Shown here piece after piece: positions 15,101 to 22,831 of a DNA stretch of 32,000 nucleotides. Made by a program: the position numbers and the translations under genes. The notes below the pieces were generated by a model. The model saw only the letters and a list, made by a program, of their open reading frames with translations. It was not told the origin of the DNA and searched no databases. Position 1 is the stretch's first letter. Every line of letters starts with the position of its first letter. The stretch covers positions 120,001 through 152,000 of the forward strand of contig NZ_JAHDSX010000001.1 in NCBI RefSeq assembly GCF_020969955.1. The letters are read 5' to 3'. Origin of the DNA: Allobaculum fili. Its GTDB lineage: Bacteria > Bacillota_I > Bacilli_A > Erysipelotrichales > Erysipelotrichaceae.

Positions 15101-17679
15101 CCTAACTCAGCTTTAGCGCCTCCGGTTAAGTCAAAGCGTGCTTTCTTGCTTGCCTGCACGCGGCCTTCAATAGCGCCGACTGCGTTGTCTGCCGGCCATG
15201 CCGCCTGAGCGTAAACGCCGGCTTTATGAGCAAAGAACAGGTTGTATGGATTGGCAGTCGTATTGGATTTGAAACGAATGACGACTGCACCGCTTCCGAT
15301 ATTTCCAACACGGGTTTTCAGATCCTCATCTGCACCTTCAAGGAAGTTATAGGGCAGACGTGTTCCGTCAAAGACGGTTGGATTTGTTCCGGTGTCTTTT
15401 TTGAAGTCGTGATACAGGACGGAAGTTTCTTCCAGTCCGGTGCTGACGGTATGGGAGAATTCATCGGTTTTTCCATCGGTCGTCACTTCAATGCTGTACG
15501 TATGGGAACCGGATTGCTCAGGAACGTCCTTATATGGAGAAACAGCTGCTTCGGCAACAACCTTGCCATCACGGGTGATCTTTGCGTTTCCGCCGCCGTT
15601 CCAGGTAATCGTATTTTTGAAGACGCCGCCTTTGACTGTACATTCAACTTTTACGGGATCCGGTGTCGGATCAACCGTACTATCAGAGTCAATGTTTTCA
15701 TTGGCTGCTGAAAGAGCTGCACATTCTGCTTCGGTCAGAAGTTCGGATGTGACAAGGACGTAGTCAATCTCGCCTTTCCAGGCTTTGCTTACATTTCCGC
15801 TGGCATCTTTGACGCCGCCGATTGCTACAGTATCCATCGGTGTGGTTTTGGTCAGAAAGCCATTAAAACTGGCGTTTTTAAATGTATTCGGGTTTGTCGC
15901 ACCGGTTAGCCCGTCTGCTCCATCGTAGAAATAGGTCAGACGGTTATTCAGACAGTCAGCCGGGGCACGGTAAATGACCGTATGCGCATTGTCGCCGGCT
16001 GCAAGATCCCAGTTGCTGGCATTTGTTCCCATGCACTGGCATTTGTTGCTGTCTGTCAGTTCATAGCCGAATACTGCCTGGTTATTCTTATTGTTGCGAT
16101 ATCCGAAGAACCGGTCTGCGCTGCCGGACTTCATGCCAAGAAATGCGCCGCCCGCTGAGCTCAGATCGGAAGAATGTTTGGCTCTTGCGATCACGGTTCC
16201 TTCGGTCATGGCTGCAAGTTTAGCGGCTGCTGCTGCATCTACGGAAACAACATTCGTTCCGTCAAATACGGTACTGGTTCCTCCGGTTTTCGGATCGATC
16301 CAGCAAAGCGTGCTGCTTTCCGCAAGAGATTTCAGGCCCGTTTCTTTGCTGGTAAGCTCTGCCGTTTCCTGTTTCGTATCGTTGTCGATAATTTTATACG
16401 TAACTGTTTTGCCGAGACCTGCATTCACATCAATGAAGCTGCCGGCTGTCAGTGCTCCAGCATCGGCAAGATCAGAGAATGTGCCGTCTTCATTCTTTTT
16501 CTGAATCCGATAGGTATGGCCGGCTTCTGGTGTAAAGGAAATGCGGACTGTCGAGTAGCGCGTATGCAGAGCTTCATCAATCTGCAGCTGTTCTCCATCC
16601 GTTTTCTCGCTCAGATCCGGAATTTGATCGGCTTGGATATCTGCATTTGCCTGCGAAACCGCTGCACACTCCGACTGAGAGAGCAGTTCTGAAGTAATCA
16701 GAACGTAATTGATCGTTCCCTTCCACGGGAAAGCCGTGCTGCTTCCATTGGCGTCCGTTACGCCTCCAATGGAAATTGCATCCATCGGTGTGGTCTTTGT
16801 TAAGAAGCCATTAAATTTCTCGTCTTTGAAAATATTAGGATAAGAGGCGTTGATCAGACCGTCCGCGCCGTCATAGAAGTAGGTCAGACGATCGGCAACG
16901 CAATCCGCCGGCGCGCGGTAAACGACTGTGTGACCGTTCTCGCCTGCCTGCAGGCTCCAGTTATTCGTGTTGGAACCCAGACAGGTGATCTTGTTTGTAT
17001 CGGTCAGTTCGTAGCCGAAAGCAAAAGGCAGTGAAGTAGCACTGCTGCTCCGGTAGCCGAAATACCGGTTGCTGGTTCCGGATTTGATTCCAAGGAATGC
17101 TCCGCTTTGCGTTGCGACTGCATCCGAGCTGAGCTGAACCTTGGCAATTACTGTACCCTCATTCAGGGCTGCCACTTTAGCAACCGTCTGTGCATCCATC
17201 TGCACCGTATTGGTTCCATCAAAAACCGTGGCCTGTCCATCCGACTTCGGGTCGGTCCATGCCAGAGTACTGACGGCGGCCAGAGCTTCAAGGCCTGTTT
17301 TTACGCTTGTAAATTCCGCCGTTTCCTGCGGCTGATCCGGATTGGTCACGTCGACGATCTTATACGTCGGTGCAGTACCTGTTCCGGCCTTTTCATCAAT
17401 AAAGCTGCCCGTCGTCAGAGCGGATGCTCCGTCAAGATCTTCAAACGCGCCTGACGAATTTTTTTTCTGAATCTTGTACGTGTGAGAGGTCTCTGCAGTA
17501 AAGGTGATGCGTACGGAACTGTAGCGAGCAACTGTTTTCTCGTTCAAGTCAAGTACGACTGCATTTTCATCGGCCAGCGGGCTAGCCTGATCCTGTGCAA
17601 GAAGCTGCAGAGGCGCTCCGGTTACAGTCAGTGCTGCAGCCAGGAAGGCAGATGCAAACCGGTTTTTCAGTTTTTTCAT
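12103..17679 (-). CDS. Giant secreted multidomain protein (1,858 aa). Order: signal peptide, 2x [Ig/FN3-like + LamG-like lectin], Ig-like, LamG-like, degenerate SGNH, Ig-like, intact SGNH/GDSL esterase, Ig-like, FIVAR-like helical repeats
   Basis: Start MKKLKNRFASAFLAAALTVTGAPLQLLAQ (ATG at 17679, RBS AGGAAAAGGAAG). The intact GDSL domain has blocks FVGDSITHG (Ser codon 13759-13761), MLGTNDG (about 13545-13558) and DGIHP (about 13222-13236). LamG/ConA-like modules end in W/FxGxIDYxxV...LS..E. The C-terminal modules (Y..A..AL...........ID.....L...L.L.P) resemble FIVAR. I see no LPXTG motif, dockerin, SLH domain or C-terminal TM segment. Confidence 0.85.
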   Translation of the reverse strand: MKKLKNRFASAFLAAALTVTGAPLQLLAQDQASPLADENAVVLDLNEKTVARYSSVRITFTAETSHTYKIQKKNSSGAFEDLDGASALTTGSFIDEKAGTGTAPTYKIVDVTNPDQPQETAEFTSVKTGLEALAAVSTLAWTDPKSDGQATVFDGTNTVQMDAQTVAKVAALNEGTVIAKVQLSSDAVATQSGAFLGIKSGTSNRYFGYRSSSATSLPFAFGYELTDTNKITCLGSNTNNWSLQAGENGHTVVYRAPADCVADRLTYFYDGADGLINASYPNIFKDEKFNGFLTKTTPMDAISIGGVTDANGSSTAFPWKGTINYVLITSELLSQSECAAVSQANADIQADQIPDLSEKTDGEQLQIDEALHTRYSTVRISFTPEAGHTYRIQKKNEDGTFSDLADAGALTAGSFIDVNAGLGKTVTYKIIDNDTKQETAELTSKETGLKSLAESSTLCWIDPKTGGTSTVFDGTNVVSVDAAAAAKLAAMTEGTVIARAKHSSDLSSAGGAFLGMKSGSADRFFGYRNNKNNQAVFGYELTDSNKCQCMGTNASNWDLAAGDNAHTVIYRAPADCLNNRLTYFYDGADGLTGATNPNTFKNASFNGFLTKTTPMDTVAIGGVKDASGNVSKAWKGEIDYVLVTSELLTEAECAALSAANENIDSDSTVDPTPDPVKVECTVKGGVFKNTITWNGGGNAKITRDGKVVAEAAVSPYKDVPEQSGSHTYSIEVTTDGKTDEFSHTVSTGLEETSVLYHDFKKDTGTNPTVFDGTRLPYNFLEGADEDLKTRVGNIGSGAVVIRFKSNTTANPYNLFFAHKAGVYAQAAWPADNAVGAIEGRVQASKKARFDLTGGAKAELGSVADGQWHTIAFSSADADHLGEADTFCVTLDGSKVFSYPNNSSFAGLFTRLGGAADEVLIGGVRKAAGTDTSSFAGLFNGEIDYAAVVDEPLSNEELIELTKADEAPLTKNQLFDTSGNKHWVAVGGGLASAGNDILGYNETYYKLFHLNISLDHNANGGYDLANFNRQRYVINRSIPGNTIKTIDEQYDSLINKYGPRSVLLMLDGNESLSDQQIKDSLKSILTKNIEAKRFTLLQIPPVKGDASRDLKALVDAVIAADFSTYGDSIVVVDHEALFKAAGEDEKSFDANGNLNARGHLLICNQLGAAVGVGDMGTANLNTLSKYSFTPLAPLKEETPVFTVTSNSVQASIQADGTYYGVLEVNGQKTKKAFANKAVVFNGLNPETAFDFTIVNADGAVVYKKKTGTTGTSAVTDAKDYDQLTDLQKLVKQYTTREQQTTWLFVGDSITHGVYTDGFTGVPDVFERYVHDDLNRPNDVVINGAISNADFGSYFTHKDERYDRWKEEADVVICMLGTNDGAYGPSEGNHWLYTDYKQHLSDAVKEWKADGKVVVLRVPPKIVNQAHAGHIGRNDDIHRWVKEVAEEQGCILVDHFDLFDEKQKSDEKSITSTGFWFNHSGGKDGIHPVGPGQIAMAKQVIQEMGIFDSNSRIARQDMVEPITSSESIKNTKLVLDTEHKTVSYNLSALETELGKTVGEAELTITKGSTTISKKLIRKDASSLGTISVDLQDLSGNVQASVTIRTTDSWNGSTYTDQTVAKQTLTLSEEPVVTFDLKALQKAYDDALALAAKQDTLLPQQWKTYLTQKASAGKAALDNPADTFSSQAEVDDSAERLAYAVSLATSASNAYKTLDANKALDLSGYTDETASAYTAARKALEDCMAASITGQGPDYASKAQIDSLLTSYTEAKAALEEKPAQPTVDTTALRMLLSDIGEIDLSEYRNPNEIHTRFNTALQTAKNALTSNSQTVIDNAVKNLHTLWLEMRLNPEAEKLKSSSI
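15690..17590. repeat. Intragenic tandem duplication, about 951 bp (about 317 aa) x 2, diverged
   Basis: Compare catccatcggtgtggt...agccattaaa at about 15831 and about 16781. Protein units YS[ST]VRI[ST]FT.E..HTY.IQKKN...GFLTKTTPMD...WKG.I.YVL.TSELL..[SA]ECAA.S align throughout, roughly 60% identical by eye. Confidence 0.85.
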
Positions 17680-18121
17680 GTTTTCTTCCTTTTCCTGTGT
17701 TGTTGAGTTTTCCGTTTCCTGCGTCTGAATCTGCAGAGTCGCTCCATGAAATCGCCCGAAAATTTGAAGCACTGCCTGCGGTTCTGACAGGTAAAACGGG
17801 AAGAATCAGCTTAATCTTAGGCATTTTTCCTGCGACGCTTTTTGTTTTGTTTTTTTGTATACACACTTTCCCAAAAAATAGAAAACGCTTACTGTAAGAA
17901 AAGCAGACCGGTTTTCCAGAATGAAAACCGTGGACAAAACGCGGCTTTCGTATACATAAAATCCAATCGGATCCGGATACTCAGACGGAATGGATTTTCC
18001 AGGCCATCGTCTCCCCTGCCGGGTACCGATTCTCCTTTCTGAATCAGGGGCTGCGCAAAACAGGGCTCTGAATCGCCATAGGCCTGTTTCGCTGTTCAAA
18101 TACGAATCTTTATTTATTGCG

Positions 18122-18173
18122 GACCTGCATTTATGACCTGCATTTATGACCTGCATTTATGATCTGTATTTAT
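18122..18173. repeat. 13-bp tandem repeat GACCTGCATTTAT x3 perfect, plus one degenerate copy (GATCTGTATTTAT)
   Basis: Copies at 18122-18134, 18135-18147, 18148-18160 and 18161-18173. Related GATCTGTA (18177) and GATCTGG (18191) follow. The array lies about 445 bp upstream of the giant gene start. Confidence 0.9.
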
Positions 18174-18766
18174 ATGGATCTGTACGGGAAGATCTGGCCC
18201 CATATTTGCTTCAATCCGGCTGCAAACGCCGCCTGCAAATCCAGTTCAACCAGGTTTTTAAAAGGGAGGACCATGCCTTTCCCATCGCAGACCCCGATGG
18301 ATCGGCCAGTGAAAAACACAGCGAATTGCGGCTGCGGTTGCAGCTGCATCGGAAATCTTACGAGGATAAACTGGCGAAGCCGAAATAAGCGGGTTTGCAC
18401 GTGTTCATTGAAGAAATATCGAACAATGGATTCGAAGATCCAAAAGCGAAAACAGAGAAATTCATAAACGGAGACACAGATCGTTCTGGGAAGATGCCGG
18501 AGAGGATCTGTGTATTTCTTCGGGTTGGGGACAATCGTTTTGTCTGTGCGTATTCCGGTTCTTGCCCGCATCTTTTGCCTCTGTTAGTATCGGATTGCAC
18601 TCGCATCGACTGCCCGGTTAGGCAGCCAGCGTTCTGGCTTAAGGGGACAAAAAGAACAGGGCAGAACAGAGAGTCAAAAAGGCAAAATCAGGCCTTTTCA
18701 AATACTAAGGGGGACGGCTTTGTGGCAATCCGTACAGATATACTTACCTGGTCCAAAGGGGACTTA

Positions 18767-19192
18767 ATGGAAACCTACTGGAAGGTTTTCTTTCACCGCC
18801 AGAATACGCAAAGCGGATGGATAAGGGATTTTTATACGTTTTTTCTGAATCGAAGTGCGCGAAAGCATGGCGGCTACATTGGCAAGGACACCTGGTTTGC
18901 TTCGCGGCCAAGACTTCCGCACGGTCTGCATGGCATTTATATTTCCCGCTACGCAAAGATCGGGGAAGAATGCTGGATTTATCAAAATGTAACGATCGGC
19001 GAAAGCAAGGGAAAAGCGCCGGTGATCGGGGATCACTGTCTGATCGGGGCCGGAGCGGTGCTGATCGGCGATATTTCGATCGGGGATCATGTAAAGATTC
19101 AGGCGGGCGCGGTCGTGAGCGAGGATGTTCCTTCCCATGCAACCGTCTTCGCGCCAAAGCCGACCATTCATATCTCCTCTTTGCATGAGTAG
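18767..19192 (+). CDS. Left-handed beta-helix (hexapeptide-repeat) O-acetyltransferase, serine-acetyltransferase-like (141 aa)
   Basis: Hexapeptide repeats IGEECWIYQNVTIGESKGKAPVIGDHCLIGAGAVLIGDISIGDHVKIQAGAVVSEDVP. The ATG at 18767 is preceded by AAAGGGGA. The N-terminal part of the longer track ORF (from 18395) is not protein-like. Confidence 0.7.
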   Translation: METYWKVFFHRQNTQSGWIRDFYTFFLNRSARKHGGYIGKDTWFASRPRLPHGLHGIYISRYAKIGEECWIYQNVTIGESKGKAPVIGDHCLIGAGAVLIGDISIGDHVKIQAGAVVSEDVPSHATVFAPKPTIHISSLHE

Positions 19193-19462
19193 AGAACACG
19201 TATTCAAAACAAACGAAAAGTACAAAGAAGCAAAAATCGCAATCACGAAAATACAGAAACACAAAAAGGAAAGGGCAATTCAGGCCAGATTCTGCTTTTG
19301 AGCAATCGGATAGAGGATGCACCAAAAACACAGACAATCCCAAAGGTGAACATTAAAACCGGCGGGATTTTCTATAATGAAGGAAAGAAAGTCTGTCTCC
19401 TTTTGAGGCAGACCGTTCAAAATCAGGCTTTGCCTGAGAAAACAGAATAGAGTAAGGACAAT

Positions 19463-20446
19463 ATGATGAAGAAAATTCCAATTACGGATCTTGACGGCTT
19501 TCAAATCGGTCAGGCTCAGGATCGCCAGCAGGGAACTGGCGTAACCTGCATTTTATCCATGGAAGGCGCAACGGCAGCCGTGGATGTGCGCGGCGGCGGG
19601 CCGGCAACCCGTGAGACGGATCTGCTCGATCCCAAAAACATGGTGCAGAAGATCAACGCCGTCGTTCTTTCCGGCGGCAGCGCCTTTGGACTCGAAAGCT
19701 CTTCGGGTGTCATGCAGTATCTGAAAGAAAAAGGCGCAGGCTTTGGCATGAAGGGACTGGTTGTTCCCATTGTGTGTCAGGCCTCGCTGTTCGATCTGCC
19801 GTGCGGATCGCCGGATGCCTATCCCGATAAAGCCATGGGCTACGAAGCCGCAAAAAACAGTGAACACCCAGAATGGAAAAGCGGCTGCTTCGGAGCCGGA
19901 ACGGGTGCGAGTGTCGGCAAGCTCATGGGGTTTGAAAACGCGATGAAATCGGGTATCGGTTCGTACGCCTGTCAGATCGGCGCGCTGAAAGTCGGTGCCA
20001 TCGCAGCCGTTAATGCATGCGGGGATGTTTTTGAACCCGATTCGAAAAATCGTCTTGCGGGAATTTATCATCGCGCATCCGCTATGGAAATCAATACCGA
20101 AGATGCGGTACTGAATATGGTAACCCAGGCCATGGAAGGCATGAATACGACCATCTGTGCTGTGATCACCAACGCCGATCTCAACCAGGCGGAGATGACC
20201 AAACTCGCCGGCATGTGCCAGAACGCGCTGGCCCGGACCATTCGTCCTGTACATACGCCAAACGACGGCGATACCGTATTTACGATGACGACCAATCAGG
20301 TGCCGATGGACCTGACAGCGGTGTCTGTTGTGGCCATTAAAGCGCTCAGCGAAGCGATCGTCGACGCCATCAAGAGCGCTGAGCCGATGTTTGGCCTGGA
20401 AAGCTGGTCTTCGCTCGAAGAGAAAAAGGCGAAGGATAACGCGTAA
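19463..20446 (+). CDS. P1/S58-family peptidase (DmpA/L-aminopeptidase-like Ntn hydrolase, 327 aa)
   Basis: ITDLDGFQIGQAQD...GTGVTCIL...AAVDVRGGGPATRETDLL........INAVVLSGGSAFGL is the characteristic DmpA-family N-terminus. RBS GTAAGGA. Confidence 0.85.
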   Translation: MMKKIPITDLDGFQIGQAQDRQQGTGVTCILSMEGATAAVDVRGGGPATRETDLLDPKNMVQKINAVVLSGGSAFGLESSSGVMQYLKEKGAGFGMKGLVVPIVCQASLFDLPCGSPDAYPDKAMGYEAAKNSEHPEWKSGCFGAGTGASVGKLMGFENAMKSGIGSYACQIGALKVGAIAAVNACGDVFEPDSKNRLAGIYHRASAMEINTEDAVLNMVTQAMEGMNTTICAVITNADLNQAEMTKLAGMCQNALARTIRPVHTPNDGDTVFTMTTNQVPMDLTAVSVVAIKALSEAIVDAIKSAEPMFGLESWSSLEEKKAKDNA

Positions 20447-20522
20447 CTCCCGACTCTGTATGTATAGCTTCGCCAGCGCAGGCGGAGCGCAAAACGTGAA
20501 TTCTTAAAACCAGAAGATAAGC

Positions 20523-20568
20523 AAAAGGCGGCAGACCTTCACAAAACGTGAAGACCTGCCGCCTTTTT
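20523..20568. terminator. Bidirectional rho-independent terminator between the convergent peptidase and ydcF-like genes
   Basis: aaaaggcggcag-ac-cttcac aaaac gtgaag-ac-ctgccgccttttt: 8-bp and 6-bp stems with a 2x2 internal loop, an A-run on the left and a T-run on the right. Confidence 0.8.
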
Positions 20569-20664
20569 CCATAGCGTTCCGTTTGAATTGGAAGACCAGT
20601 GCCGCCCGCTTTGAGACGGGTTCTTTCTGCGCTAAAGGCAATGCTCTTCCTGGAATAATCAGGA

Positions 20665-21711
20665 TCAGGCAAAAATCAGAGTCATGAGTACGACGAACAG
20701 AAAGGGCAGAAGCAGACAGAAAATGATTTTCATCTGCCGCTTGCGGGTTTCATACAAGTAGGCGATGAACTCGCGAAGCATGGCGTTGAGCGTGAAATAC
20801 CACTTGGTTTTCGAACCGTATCCCAGACAGGGAAGACCGATCGATTTTCCAAGCAGCAGGGCCCGGAACACGTGGTAGCGGGTTGTGACAATGGCTGTGT
20901 TGCCGCGCTTTTCCTCTTCCTGAAACAGCAGGCGGGAAAGCGTCAGGTTTTCCAGCGTGTTTCGGGAGCGTTCTTCGCTGACGGTATGCAGCGGATCCGC
21001 GCCATGTTCGAGGGCATAGATTTTCATCGCCGCACCTTCCGGAACGTCTTCGCCCGGTCCCTGACCGCCCGAAAGAATCAGCAGCGCGCCAGGATTTTTC
21101 TGCTGAAGAGCAATTCCCGCATCGATTCGAGCCGCCAGCAGCGGCGGTACGGTCGTTCCGAACAAGCCGGAGCCAAGAACGACGATCTGATCAAAACGAT
21201 TCTTATTTCGAAAATGAATCAGGTTGATCCAGGAAGAGAGCACGTAAATCGCCAGCAGGAAGGAAAGGTATCCAACGACGACTGTGGCCATCGCGTAGAA
21301 AAAATCCAGAATGATATTGTTCGCAGCCTGCAGCAGTACAGGGAAAACAAAGAGGACCAGCAGGATGAAGATGGAAAAACCGATGGAAAGACAGTTGGTA
21401 AGTGAAAGTCCTTCCCGACGGATCAGGCGAATGCCTTCAACAAAAAGGATGCCCGCCAGCAGCAGCGGAAAGACCAGAAGGAAGAGGATGACCACAACGG
21501 CGATCAGGATGAGAAGAGTCACCAGCCAGGGCGCTTTCGCAGTCAGTTCCGCCGAATAGCGAAACACCAGCAAAGCCGCGCTGATTCCGCTCAGGCCGAC
21601 AAACGTCAGCAGACTTATGCCGCTCCACACACTGCGCGGCTCAACGAGCAGGACGCAGACCAGAAAAATCAGGCCGATCAGAAAGGGAAGACATGCGATC
21701 AGTTCAAACAA
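20665..21711 (-). CDS. Membrane-anchored DUF218/YdcF (SanA/ElyC-like) family protein (348 aa)
   Basis: About 5 N-terminal TM segments, then the DUF218 core VVLGSG......PPLLAARID.GI.L......ALLILSGGQG...VPE..AM..YA...G......V..E..S.NT.EN. TTG start at 21711 with GAGGTGA upstream. An in-frame TGA at 21721-21723 excludes a longer ORF. Confidence 0.8.
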   Translation of the reverse strand: MFELIACLPFLIGLIFLVCVLLVEPRSVWSGISLLTFVGLSGISAALLVFRYSAELTAKAPWLVTLLILIAVVVILFLLVFPLLLAGILFVEGIRLIRREGLSLTNCLSIGFSIFILLVLFVFPVLLQAANNIILDFFYAMATVVVGYLSFLLAIYVLSSWINLIHFRNKNRFDQIVVLGSGLFGTTVPPLLAARIDAGIALQQKNPGALLILSGGQGPGEDVPEGAAMKIYALEHGADPLHTVSEERSRNTLENLTLSRLLFQEEEKRGNTAIVTTRYHVFRALLLGKSIGLPCLGYGSKTKWYFTLNAMLREFIAYLYETRKRQMKIIFCLLLPFLFVVLMTLIFA

Positions 21712-21825
21712 AGCATCACCTCATTCTCTTGCCTGATTCCATTAAAACGTTCAGGCGCTTTCGTTCCACGAAATTGTATCGAAGAACCGCTTTGCGAAGA
21801 AGAAGGACAGTCTCATCTTTCAAAC

Positions 21826-22509
21826 ATGACAGGCCATGAAGTCAAATTGTGCGCTTGTAAACCAAAGTCCTGCTGGTCAGCTTCCCAGACGGCTGCGTAT
21901 ACAGAAGATGCGAAGTTTATAAAACCGGCGGATCCGACAAAAGCGCATTACGACTTTGGCGGCTGGTACGCCGATGAAGGCCTGAAGACGTCGTACAGCT
22001 TCAGCACAGCTGCAGCGGGCAACGTTACCCTTTACGCGAAGTGGACGGCCAAACGCTATACGCTGACCTTTGATTCCAATGGCGGCAGCAGCGTTGCAGC
22101 CCAGACGGTCGCTTACGCACCGGATGCGGTATTTACGGCTCCGGCCCTGGCTCCAACGAAAGCGGATCACCGCTTTGCGGGCTGGTTTACCGATGCAGCT
22201 CTGACTTCGGCTTATGACTTCAGCTCCAGAGTGACCGGCTCGATCAAGCTGTTTGCCAAGTGGCTCTATGTACAGGTGATCGATCAGGCGATTACGTATT
22301 CGAATGGCGTAAATGCGCATCTTGACGACTTCGGCAGCTCCGCACAGACCAAAAAGGCCTTTACCGATGCCCTGAGCGCGGCAAAGACGGTTCGGGATGG
22401 CGCGAAGGCGCAAAAAGAAATTGATGATGCCGCAAAAGCACTCAATGCGGCAGCACTCGATCTTCGACTGGAAGCCACAAGCGAAAACCTTGAAGCGCTC
22501 AAGAACTAA
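21826..22509 (+). CDS. 5'-truncated fragment of a surface protein: Listeria-Bacteroides (InlB B-type) repeats plus a FIVAR-like tail (227 aa ORF; likely remnant or pseudogene)
   Basis: Two repeats (...PADPTKAHYDFGGWYADEGLKTSYSFSTAAAGNVTLYAKW; YTLTFDSNGGSSVAAQTVAYAPDAVFTAPALAPTKADHRFAGWFTDAALTSAYDFSSRVTGSIKLFAKW). The recognisable sequence starts mid-repeat. There is no signal peptide and no RBS before the ATG. Confidence 0.55.
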   Translation: MTGHEVKLCACKPKSCWSASQTAAYTEDAKFIKPADPTKAHYDFGGWYADEGLKTSYSFSTAAAGNVTLYAKWTAKRYTLTFDSNGGSSVAAQTVAYAPDAVFTAPALAPTKADHRFAGWFTDAALTSAYDFSSRVTGSIKLFAKWLYVQVIDQAITYSNGVNAHLDDFGSSAQTKKAFTDALSAAKTVRDGAKAQKEIDDAAKALNAAALDLRLEATSENLEALKN

Positions 22510-22572
22510 AAGACGTCGTTGAAAGCGCAGGCTTTCCAGGACGCCCCAAAGAAAAAGACAGCTTTAACCAGG

Positions 22573-22606
22573 AGGCAGCCGATCCGATCCGGCTGCCTTC
22601 TTTTTA
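22573..22606 (+). terminator. Rho-independent terminator after the truncated surface-protein fragment
   Basis: 9-bp stem aggcagccg (22573-22581) pairs with cggctgcct (22590-22598), with an 8-nt loop, then TCTTTTT. Confidence 0.75.
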
Positions 22607-22645
22607 CGGGTATGTCAAAAGAGGGGCTCGAGCGCTATATGAAAA

Positions 22646-22659
22646 GAAAGCGCTTTGAG
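22646..22659. promoter_or_regulatory. cre-like / LacI-family operator-like palindrome upstream of the SemiSWEET gene
   Basis: aGAAAGCGCTTTgA matches 12 of 14 positions of the idealised cre TGAAAGCGCTTTCA, with a perfect 10-bp central palindrome. It lies about 175 nt upstream of the SemiSWEET ATG. Confidence 0.4.
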
Positions 22660-22831
22660 TACATGAGAAGAAAGAAAGCGGCAGAAATTTTATACTTGGA
22701 TCCGTGGCGGATACGGAACAGCCGTTCGTCAAGGGATGGACGCTGTTCGGAAGGGAAATATTTCGCCTTTGAACTTAGAAAGGGAAAGGAGAAGATCCTG
22801 TTTCGAGAACGGGAACAGGACGCCAAAAGAA

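Noticed and set aside
18273-18467. 64-aa Cys-rich small ORF (MPFPSQTPMDRPVKNTANCGCGCSCIGN...) preceded by AAAGGGAGG; possible RiPP-like precursor
   Set aside because: The spacing from GGAGG to the ATG is only 3 nt. All three frames on both strands are open here. No maturation enzyme (radical SAM, LanM, YcaO) or transporter is nearby. The Cys codons come from a (GCNGC)n-like stretch. I keep it only as a very low-probability candidate.
18170-18571. 133-aa minus-strand ORF ending at the 13-bp repeats. Its C-terminal part (FAVFFTGRSIGVCDGKGMVLPFKNLVELDLQAAFAAGLKQIW) looks faintly protein-like; possible transposase or regulator remnant
   Set aside because: It has no RBS and no family that I can recognise. 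It overlaps equally open alternative frames. It could be a gene remnant, but I cannot support that from sequence alone.
19193-19290. A/C-rich, T-poor tract after the acetyltransferase, and a similar polypurine tract at 26930-26990 between scrB and scrK
   Set aside because: These are low-complexity spacers without repeats, pairing potential or a recognisable motif. They most likely reflect compositional features of intergenic or RBS-proximal regions.
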